Positions 51,001 to 63,000 of a stretch of 64,000 nucleotides of DNA are shown here, piece by piece. Each line of letters opens with the position of its first letter. Positions within the stretch are counted from its first letter, which is position 1. A program made the translations under genes and the position numbers. The stretch spans positions 29,698,001 to 29,762,000 of the forward strand of contig CM097884.1 of NCBI GenBank assembly GCA_044892505.1, written 5' to 3'. The notes below the pieces were generated by a model. That model made no database searches and was not told the origin of the DNA. It was given only the letters and a program-made list of their open reading frames with translations. The DNA is from Schmidtea nova. Taxonomy: Eukaryota.

Positions 51001-54000
51001 GTTTCTTTCGAAAAACTCAAAGACACAGTTGACTTTAGCGGTAGTGTAGAAAGTAAAATGATTGAAGTAGGAACAGAAACTTTCGGAGAAAAGCATAATG
51101 TATTCATCGATACGCTTACAAGTCATGAAGCTGAAATTAAATTCGAAGAAACTTTGACTGAGTTCATGTATGAGACGGTAAATAGTGAAAGCAGTTTTGA
51201 ATGCAAATCAGTTGAAGAAAGCTGGAGTCAAGTTGGTGCAAAGGCAGTTGAAGTTGGTTCAGAATTCAGAAGCGTGATTGTAGAATGTTCAAGTGAATAT
51301 ACAATTAGTATGAGAGAAAGTCAGGTAGACCAAGTAATAGAAACTGAAGAAGTCGGTGTAATGACAGTAGGATTGATAGTGATAGATGAGTCATCGGTGT
51401 TTGAATTGAGGTGCTGCACAGTTGAATGTGAAACTGTAGAAATCGTAGAAGAAATAATTCCTTTAGAGGCAAAGGAAGAGGAATCAGAAAGATTGTTAAT
51501 TGAGAATGAAAGTGTAAGCTGGGAGATTCCAATGTTAGATATTGCTACTACAACAGTTAAGCCGACATTAGAAGATATTAGCACAGAAAATGTAATTAAG
51601 CATGTTGAATATAGTGGTGAATGGTGCCGAGAAATTAAGCATGAAAATGAAATGTTTGAAACAGAGAAATCAGTTTACTCAACAACGATCATATCATCAG
51701 ATGAAGACATTAAATATTGCTCAGTTGAAATACAATTCGAAGAAACAAAGTCTCGCAACATAGAATCTGGCTACGAAATCAAGTCAACAATGAAAGAATG
51801 TTACAGCGAAACAGAGGTAAATAAAATAAATTCATTTTTACAAATAATGTCACTTATTCACTGCCAAAAATCTATCATGATGTCTTTAAAGATAAATACT
51901 GTTTTGAAACCTTTATCATAATATTTAATTTTTTAATCATATTTAATCATTGTTTATTTATTAACCTCTTCTTTGCAATTTTATGTCTTAGTTTTATTAA
52001 TTTACAAAATATTTCGAGTCATTTTAGAACTCTTTTCTTGTGTTTAGATTAAATCTGAAAACATTGCAACTGAAACTGGAATAACAGAATTGATACATAC
52101 GAGCTTGGAAAAAGATACAAAAGCTTCAAATAAGTTAACTGACTATAGAGCAGAGGCCATTGACATGAGCAGTGAATCATTCAAAGATAGTGAAATTGTA
52201 GAAGTTTCTTTCGAAAAACTCAAAGACACAGTTGACTTTAGCGGTAGTGTAGAAAGTAAAATGATTGAAGTAGGAACAGAAACTTTCGGAGAAAAGCATA
52301 ATGTATTCATCGATATGCTTACAAGTCATGAAGCTGAAATTAAATTCGAAGAAACTTTGACTGAGTTCATGTGTGAGACGGTAAATAGTGAAAGCAGTTT
52401 TGAATGCAAATCAGTTGAAGAAAGCTGGAGTCAAGTTGGTGCAAAGGCAGTTGAAGTTGGTTCAGAATTCAGAAGCGTGATTGTAGAATGTTCAAGTGAA
52501 TATACAATTAGTATGAGAGAAAGTCAGGTAGACCAAGCAATAGAAACTGAAGAAGTCGGTGTAATGACAGTAGGATTGATAGTGATAGATGAGTCATCGG
52601 TGTTTGAATTGAGGTGCTGCACAGTTGAATGTGAAACTGTAGAAATCGTAGAAGAAATAATTCCTTTAGAGGCAAAGGAAGAGGAATCAGAAAGATTGTT
52701 AATTGAGAATGAAAGTGTAAGCTGGGAGATTCCAATGCTAGATATTGCTACTACAACAGTTAAGCCGACATTAGAAGATATTAGCACAGAAAATGTAATT
52801 GAGCATGTTGAATATAGTGGTGAATGGTGCCGAGAAATTAAGCATGAAAGTGAAATGTTTGAAACAGAGAAATCAGTTTACTCAACAACGATCATATCAT
52901 CAGATGAAGACATTAAATATTGCTCAGTTGAAATACAATTCGAAGAAACAAAGTCTCGCAACATAGAATCTGGCTACGAAATCAAGTCAACAATGAAAGA
53001 ATGTTACAGCGAAACAGAGGTAAATAAAATAAATTCATTTTTACAAATAATGTCACTTATTCACTGCCAAAAATCTATCATGATGTCTTTAAAGATAAAT
53101 ACTGTTTTGAAACCTTTATCATAATATTTAATTTTTTAATCATATTTAATCATTGTTTATTTATTAACCTCTTCTTTGCAATTTTATGTCTTAGTTTTAT
53201 TAATTTACAAAATATTTCGAGTCATTTTAGAACTGTTTTCTTGTGTTTAGATTAAATCTGAAAACATTGCAACTGAAACTGGAATAACAGAATTGATACA
53301 TACGAGCTTGGAAAAAGATACAAAAGCTTCAAATAAGTTAACTGACTATAGAGCAGAGGCCATTGACATGAGCAGTGAATCATTCAAAGATAGTGAAATT
53401 GTAGAAGTTTCTTTCGAAAAACTCAAAGACACAGTTGACTTTAGCGGTAGTGTAGAAAGTAAAATGATTGAAGTAGGAACAGAAACTTTCGGAGAAAAGC
53501 ATAATGTATTCATCGATATGCTTACAAGTCATGAAGCTGAAATTAAATTCGAAGAAACTTTGACTGAGTTCATGTGTGAGACGGTAAATAGTGAAAGCAG
53601 TTTTGAATGCAAATCAGTTGAAGAAAGCTGGAGTCAAGTTGGTGCAAAGGCAGTTGAAGTTGGTTCAGAATTCAGAAGCGTGATTGTAGAATGTTCAAGT
53701 GAATATACAATTAGTATGAGAGAAAGTCAGGTAGACCAAGCAATAGAAACTGAAGAAGTCGGTGTAATGACAGTAGGATTGATAGTGATAGATGAGTCAT
53801 CGGTGTTTGAATTGAGGTGCTGCACAGTTGAATGTGAAACTGTAGAAATCGTAGAAGAAATAATTCCTTTAGAGGCAAAGGAAGAGGAATCAGAAAGATT
53901 GTTAATTGAGAATGAAAGTGTAAGCTGGGAGATTCCAATGCTAGATATTGCTACTACAACAGTTAAGCCGACATTAGAAGATATTAGCACAGAAAATGTA

Positions 54001-57000
54001 ATTGAGCATGTTGAATATAGTGGTGAATGGTGCCGAGAAATTAAGCATGAAAGTGAAATGTTTGAAACAGAGAAATCAGTTTACTCAACAACGATCATAT
54101 CATCAGATGAAGACATTAAATATTGCTCAGTTGAAATACAATTCGAAGAAACAAAGTCTCGCAACATAGAATCTGGCTACGAAATCAAGTCAACAATGAA
54201 AGAATGTTACAGCGAAACAGAGGTAAATAAAATAAATTCATTTTTACAAATAATGTCACTTATTCACTGCCAAAAATCTATCATGATGTCTTTAAAGATA
54301 AATACTGTTTTGAAACCTTTATCATAATATTTAATTTTTTAATCATATTTAATCATTGTTTATTTATTAACCTCTTCTTTGCAATTTTATGTCTTAGTTT
54401 TATTAATTTACAAAATATTTCGAGTCATTTTAGAACTGTTTTCTTGTGTTTAGATTAAATCTGAAAACATTGCAACTGAAACTGGAATAACAGAATTGAT
54501 ACATACGAGCTTGGAAAAAGATACAAAAGCTTCAAATAAGTTAACTGACTATAGAGCAGAGGCCATTGACATGAGCAGTGAATCATTCAAAGATAGTGAA
54601 ATTGTAGAAGTTTCTTTCGAAAAACTCAAAGACACAGTTGACTTTAGCGGTAGTGTAGAAAGTAAAATGATTGAAGTAGGAACAGAAACTTTCGGAGAAA
54701 AGCATAATGTATTCATCGATATGCTTACAAGTCATGAAGCTGAAATTAAATTCGAAGAAACTTTGACTGAGTTCATGTGTGAGACGGTAAATAGTGAAAG
54801 CAGTTTTGAATGCAAATCAGTTGAAGAAAGCTGGAGTCAAGTTGGTGCAAAGGCAGTTGAAGTTGGTTCAGAATTCAGAAGCGTGATTGTAGAATGTTCA
54901 AGTGAATATACAATTAGTATGAGAGAAAGTCAGGTAGACCAAGCAATAGAAACTGAAGAAGTCGGTGTAATGACAGTAGGATTGATAGTGATAGATGAGT
55001 CATCGGTGTTTGAATTGAGGTGCTGCACAGTTGAATGTGAAACTGTAGAAATCGTAGAAGAAATAATTCCTTTAGAGGCAAAGGAAGAGGAATCAGAAAG
55101 ATTGTTAATTGAGAATGAAAGTGTAAGCTGGGAGATTCCAATGCTAGATATATCTACTACAATAGTTAAGCCGACATTAGAAGATATTAGCACAGAAAAT
55201 GTAATTGAGCATGTTGAATATAGTGGTGAATGGTGCCGAGAAATTAAGCATGAAAGTGAAATGTTTGAAACAGAGAAATCAGTTTACTCAACAACGATCA
55301 TATCATCAGATGAAGACATTAAATATTGCTCAGTTGAAATACAATTCGAAGAAACAAAGTCTCGCAACATAGAATCTGGCTACGAAATCAAGTCAACAAT
55401 GAAAGAATGTTACAGCGAAACAGAGGTAAATAAAATAAATTCATTTTTACAAATAATGTCACTTATTCACTGCCTAAAATCTATCATGATGTCTTTAAAG
55501 ATAAATACTGTTTTGAAACCTTTATCATAATATTTAATTTTTTAATCATATTTAATCATTGTTTATTTATTAACCTCTTCTTTGCAATTTTATGTCTTAG
55601 TTTTATTAATTTACAAAATATTTCGAGTCATTTTAGAACTGTTTTCTTGTGTTTAGATTAAATCTGAAAACATTGCAACTGAAACTGGAATAACAGAATT
55701 GATACATACGAGCTTGGAAAAAGATACAAAAGCTTCAAATAAGTTAACTGACTATAGAGCAGAGGCCATTGACATGAGCAGTGAATCATTCAAAGATAGT
55801 GAAATTGTAGAAGTTTCTTTCGAAAAACTCAAAGACACAGTTGACTTTAGCGGTAGTGTAGAAAGTAAAATGATTGAAGTAGGAACAGAAACTTTCGGAG
55901 AAAAGCATAATGTATTCATCGATACGCTTACAAGTCATGAAGCTGAAATTAAATTCGAAGAAACTTTGACTGAGTTCATGCATGAGACGGTAAATAGTGA
56001 AAGCAGTTTTGAATGCAAATCAGTTGAAGAAAGCTGGAGTCAAGTTGGTGCAAAGGCAGTTGAAGTTGGTTCAGAATTCAGAAGCGTGATTGTAGAATGT
56101 TCAAGTGAATATACAATTAGTATGAGAGAAAGTCAGGTAGACCAAGCAATAGAAACTGAAGAAGTCGGTGTAATGACAGTAGGATTGATAGTGATAGATG
56201 AGTCATCGGTGTTTGAATTGAGGTGCTGCACAGTTGAATGTGAAACTGTAGAAATCGTAGAAGAAATAATTCCTTTAGAGGCAAAGGAAGAGGAATCAGA
56301 AAGATTGTTAATTGAGAATGAAAGTGTAAGCTGGGAGATTCCAATGCTAGATATTGCTACTACAACAGTTAAGCCGACATTAGAAGATATTAGCACAGAA
56401 AATGTAATTGAGCATGTTGAATATAGTGGTGAATGGTGCCGAGAAATTAAGCATGAAAGTGAAATGTTTGAAACAGAGAAATCAGTTTACTCAACAACGA
56501 TCATATCATCAGATGAAGACATTAAATATTGCTCAGTTGAAATACAATTCGAAGAAACAAAGTCTCGCAACATAGAATCTGGCTACGAAATCAAGTCAAC
56601 AATGAAAGAATGTTACAGCGAAACAGAGGTAAATAAAATAAATTCATTTTTACAAATAATGTCACTTATTCACTGCCTAAAATCTATCATGATGTCTTTA
56701 AAGATAAATACTGTTTTGAAACCTTTATCATAATATTTAATTTTTTAATCATATTTAATCATTGTTTATTTATTAACCTCTTCTTTGCAATTTTATGTCT
56801 TAGTTTTATTAATTTACAAAATATTTCGAGTCATTTTAGAACTGTTTTCTTGTGTTTAGATTAAATCTGAAAACATTGCAACTGAAACTGGAATAACAGA
56901 ATTGATACATACGAGCTTGGAAAAAGATACAAAAGCTTCAAATAAGTTAACTGACTATAGAGCAGAGGCCATTGACATGAGCAGTGAATCATTCAAAGAT

Positions 57001-60000
57001 AGTGAAATTGTAGAAGTTTCTTTCGAAAAACTCAAAGACACAGTTGACTTTAGCGGTAGTGTAGAAAGTAAAATGATTGAAGTAGGAACAGAAACTTTCG
57101 GAGAAAAGCATAATGTATTCATCGATACGCTTACAAGTCATGAAGCTGAAATTAAATTCGAAGAAACTTTGACTGAGTTCATGCATGAGACGGTAAATAG
57201 TGAAAGCAGTTTTGAATGCAAATCAGTTGAAGAAAGCTGGAGTCAAGTTGGTGCAAAGGCAGTTGATGTTGGTTCAGAATTCAGAAGCGTGATTGTAGAA
57301 TGTTCAAGTGAATATACAATTAGTATGAGAGAAAGTCAGGTAGACCAAGCAATAGAAACTGAAGAAGTCGGTGTAATGACAGTAGGATTGATAGTGATAG
57401 ATGAGTCATCGGTGTTTGAATTGAGGTGCTGCACAGTTGAATGTGAAACTGTAGAAATCGTAGAAGAAATAATTCCTTTAGAGGCAAAGGAAGAGGAATC
57501 AGAAAGATTGTTAATTGAGAATGAAAGTGTAAGCTGGGAGATTCCAATGCTAGATATTGCTACTACAACAGTTAAGCCGACATTAGAAGATATTAGCACA
57601 GAAAATGTAATTGAGCATGTTGATTATAGTGGTGAATGGTGCCGAGAAATTATGCATGAAAGTGAAATGTTTGAAACAGAGAAATCAGTTTACTCAACAA
57701 CGATCATATCATCAGATGAAGACATTAAATATTGCTCAGTTGAAATACAATTCGAAGAAACAAAGTCTCGCAACATAGAATCTGGCTACGAAATCAAGTC
57801 AACAATGAAAGAATGTTACAGCGAAACAGAGGTAAATAAAATAAATTCATTTTTACAAATAATGTCACTTATTCACTGCCTAAAATCTATCATGATGTCT
57901 TTAAAGATAAATACTGTTTTGAAACCTTTATCATAATATTTAATTTTTTAATCATTTTTAATCATTGTTTATTTATTAACCTCTTCTTTGCAATTTTATG
58001 TCTTAGTTTTATTAATTTACAAAATATTTCGAGTCATTTTTAGAACTGTTTTCTTGTGTTTAGATTAAATCTGAAAACATTGCAACTGAAACTGGAATAA
58101 CAGAATTGATACATACGAGCTTGGAAAAAGATACAAAAGCTTCAAATAAGTTAACTGACTATAGAGCAGAGGCCATTGACATGAGCAGTGAATCATTCAA
58201 AGATAGTGAAATTGTAGAAGTTTCTTTCGAAAAACTCAAAGACACAGTTGACTTTAGCGGTAGTGTAGAAAGTAAAATGATTGAAGTAGGAACAGAAACT
58301 TTCGGAGGAAAGCATAATGTATTCATCGATACGCTTACAAGTCATGAAGCTGAAATTAAATTCGAAGAAACTTTGACTGAGTTCATGTATGAGACGGTAA
58401 ATAGTGAAAGCAGTTTTGAATGCAAATCAGTTGAAGAAAGCTGGAGTCAAGTTGGTGCAAAGGCAGTTGAAGTTGGTTCAGAATTCAGAAGCGTGATTGT
58501 AGAATGTTCAAGTGAATATACAATTAGTATGAGAGAAAGTCAGGTAGACCAAGTAATAGAAACTGAAGAAGTCGGTGTAATGACAGTAGGATTGATAGTG
58601 ATAGATGAGTCATCGGTGTTTGAATTGAGGTGCTGCACAGTTGAATGTGAAACTGTAGAAATCGTAGAAGAAATAATTCCTTTAGAGGCAAAGGAAGAGG
58701 AATCAGAAAGATTGTTAATTGAGAATGAAAGTGTAAGCTGGGAGATTCCAATGCTAGATATTGCTACTACAACAGTTAAGCCGACATTAGAAGATATTAG
58801 CACAGAAAATGTAATTGAGCATGTTGAATATAGTGGTGAATGGTGCCGAGAAATTAAGCATGAAAGTGAAATGTTTGAAACAGAGAAATCAGTTTACTCA
58901 ACAACGATCATATCATCAGATGAAGACATTAAATATTGCTCAGTTGAAATACAATTCGAAGAAACAAAGTCTCGCAACATAGAATCTGGCTACGAAATCA
59001 AGTCAACAATGAAAGAATGTTACAGCGAAACAGAGGTAAATAAAATAAATTCATTTTTACAAATAATGTCACTTATTCACTGCCTAAAATCTATCATGAT
59101 GTCTTTAAAGATAAATACTGTTTTGAAACCTTTATCATAATATTTAATTTTTTAATCATATTTAATCATTGTTTATTTATTAACCTCTTCTTTGCAATTT
59201 TATGTCTTAGTTTTATTAATTTACAAAATATTTCGAGTCATTTTAGAACTGTTTTCTTGTGTTTAGATTAAATCTGAAAACATTGCAACTGAAACTGGAA
59301 TAACAGAATTGATACATACGAGCTTGGAAAAAGATACAAAAGCTTCAAATAAGTTAACTGACTATAGAGCAGAGGCCATTGACATGAGCAGTGAATCATT
59401 CAAAGATAGTGAAATTGTAGAAGTTTCTTTCGAAAAACTCAAAGACACAGTTGACTTTAGCGGTAGTGTAGAAAGTAAAATGATTGAAGTAGGAACAGAA
59501 ACTTTCGGAGAAAAGCATAATGTATTCATCGATACGCTTACAAGTCATGAAGCTGAAATTAAATTCGAAGAAACTTTGACTGAGTTCATGCATGAGACGG
59601 TAAATAGTGAAAGCAGTTTTGAATGCAAATCAGTTGAAGAAAGCTGGAGTCAAGTTGGTGCAAAGGCAGTTGATGTTGGTTCAGAATTCAGAAGCGTGAT
59701 TGTAGAATGTTCAAGTGAATATACAATTAGTATGAGAGAAAGTCAGGTAGACCAAGCAATAGAAACTGAAGAAGTCGGTGTAATGACAGTAGGATTGATA
59801 GTGATAGATGAGTCATCGGTGTTTGAATTGAGGTGCTGCACAGTTGAATGTGAAACTGTAGAAATCGTAGAAGAAATAATTCCTTTAGAGGCAAAGGAAG
59901 AGGAATCAGAAAGATTGTTAATTGAGAATGAAAGTGTAAGCTGGGAGATTCCAATGCTAGATATTGCTACTACAACAGTTAAGCCGACATTAGAAGATAT

Positions 60001-63000
60001 TAGCACAGAAAATGTAATTGAGCATGTTGAATATAGTGGTGAATGGTGCCGAGAAATTATGCATGAAAGTGAAATGTTTGAAACAGAGAAATCAGTTTAC
60101 TCAACAACGATCATATCATCAGATGAAGACATTAAATATTGCTCAGTTGAAATACAATTCGAAGAAACAAAGTCTCGCAACATAGAATCTGGCTACGAAA
60201 TCAAGTCAACAATGAAAGAATGTTACAGCGAAACAGAGGTAAATAAAATAAATTCATTTTTACAAATAATGTCACTTATTCACTGCCTAAAATCTATCAT
60301 GATGTCTTTAAAGATAAATACTGTTTTGAAACCTTTATCATAATATTTAATTTTTTAATCATATTTAATCATTGTTTATTTATTAACCTCTTCTTTGCAA
60401 TTTTATGTCTTAGTTTTATTAATTTACAAAATATTTCGAGTCATTTTAGAACTGTTTTCTTGTGTTTAGATTAAATCTGAAAACATTGCAACTGAAACTG
60501 GAATAACAGAATTGATACATACGAGCTTGGAAAAAGATACAAAAGCTTCAAATAAGTTAACTGACTATAGAGCAGAGGCCATTGACATGAGCAGTGAATC
60601 ATTCAAAGATAGTGAAATTGTAGAAGTTTCTTTCGAAAAACTCAAAGACACAGTTGACTTTAGCGGTAGTGTAGAAAGTAAAATGATTGAAGTAGGAACA
60701 GAAACTTTCGGAGAAAAGCATAATGTATTCATCGATACGCTTACAAGTCATGAAGCTGAAATTAAATTCGAAGAAACTTTGACTGAGTTCATGCATGAGA
60801 CGGTAAATAGTGAAAGCAGTTTTGAATGCAAATCAGTTGAAGAAAGCTGGAGTCAAGTTGGTGCAAAGGCAGTTGATGTTGGTTCAGAATTCAGAAGCGT
60901 GATTGTAGAATGTTCAAGTGAATATACAATTAGTATGAGAGAAAGTCAGGTAGACCAAGCAATAGAAACTGAAGAAGTCGGTGTAATGACAGTAGGATTG
61001 ATAGTGATAGATGAGTCATCGGTGTTTGAATTGAGGTGCTGCACAGTTGAATGTGAAACTGTAGAAATCGTAGAAGAAATAATTCCTTTAGAGGCAAAGG
61101 AAGAGGAATCAGAAAGATTGTTAATTGAGAATGAAAGTGTAAGCTGGGAGATTCCAATGCTAGATATTGCTACTACAACAGTTAAGCCGACATTAGAAGA
61201 TATTAGCACAGAAAATGTAATTGAGCATGTTGAATATAGTGGTGAATGGTGCCGAGAAATTATGCATGAAAGTGAAATGTTTGAAACAGAGAAATCAGTT
61301 TACTCAACAACGATCATATCATCAGATGAAGACATTAAATATTGCTCAGTTGAAATACAATTCGAAGAAACAAAGTCTCGCAACATAGAATCTGGCTACG
61401 AAATCAAGTCAACAATGAAAGAATGTTACAGCGAAACAGAGGTAAATAAAATAAATTCATTTTTACAAATAATGTCACTTATTCACTGCCTAAAATCTAT
61501 CATGATGTCTTTAAAGATAAATACTGTTTTGAAACCTTTATCATAATATTTAATTTTTTAATCATTTTTAATCATTGTTTATTTATTAACCTCTTCTTTG
61601 CAATTTTATGTCTTAGTTTTATTAATTTACAAAATATTTCGAGTCATTTTTAGAACTGTTTTCTTGTGTTTAGATTAAATCTGAAAACATTGCAACTGAA
61701 ACTGGAATAACAGAATTGATACATACGAGCTTGGAAAAAGATACAAAAGCTTCAAATAAGTTAACTGACTATAGAGCAGAGGCCATTGACATGAGCAGTG
61801 AATCATTCAAAGATAGTGAAATTGTAGAAGTTTCTTTCGAAAAACTCAAAGACACAGTTGACTTTAGCGGTAGTGTAGAAAGTAAAATGATTGAAGTAGG
61901 AACAGAAACTTTCGGAGGAAAGCATAATGTATTCATCGATACGCTTACAAGTCATGAAGCTGAAATTAAATTCGAAGAAACTTTGACTGAGTTCATGTAT
62001 GAGACGGTAAATAGTGAAAGCAGTTTTGAATGCAAATCAGTTGAAGAAAGCTGGAGTCAAGTTGGTGCAAAGGCAGTTGAAGTTGGTTCAGAATTCAGAA
62101 GCGTGATTGTAGAATGTTCAAGTGAATATACAATTAGTATGAGAGAAAGTCAGGTAGACCAAGTAATAGAAACTGAAGAAGTCGGTGTAATGACAGTAGG
62201 ATTGATAGTGATAGATGAGTCATCGGTGTTTGAATTGAGGTGCTGCACAGTTGAATGTGAAACTGTAGAAATCGTAGAAGAAATAATTCCTTTAGAGGCA
62301 AAGGAAGAGGAATCAGAAAGATTGTTAATTGAGAATGAAAGTGTAAGCTGGGAGATTCCAATGCTAGATATTGCTACTACAACAGTTAAGCCGACATTAG
62401 AAGATATTAGCACAGAAAATGTAATTGAGCATGTTGAATATAGTGGTGAATGGTGCCGAGAAATTAAGCATGAAAGTGAAATGTTTGAAACAGAGAAATC
62501 AGTTTACTCAACAACGATCATATCATCAGATGAAGACATTAAATATTGCTCAGTTGAAATACAATTCGAAGAAACAAAGTCTCGCAACATAGAATCTGGC
62601 TACGAAATCAAGTCAACAATGAAAGAATGTTACAGCGAAACAGAGGTAAATAAAATAAATTCATTTTTACAAATAATGTCACTTATTCACTGCCTAAAAT
62701 CTATCATGATGTCTATAAAGATAAATACTGTTTTGAAACCTTTATCATAATATTTAATTTTTTAATCATATTTAATCATTGTTTATTTATTAACCTCTTC
62801 TTTGCAATTTTATGTCTTAGTTTTATTAATTTACAAAATATTTCGAGTCATTTTAGAACTGTTTTCTTGTGTTTAGATTAAATCTGAAAACATTGCAACT
62901 GAAACTGGAATAACAGAATTGATACATACGAGCTTGGAAAAAGATACAAAAGCTTCAAATAAGTTAACTGACTATAGAGCAGAGGCCATTGACATGAGCA

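Noticed and set aside
55786-55983. Minus-strand 65-aa ORF in units 47, 48, 50 and 51
   Set aside because: It appears only because the plus-strand CAT allele creates an antisense ATG.
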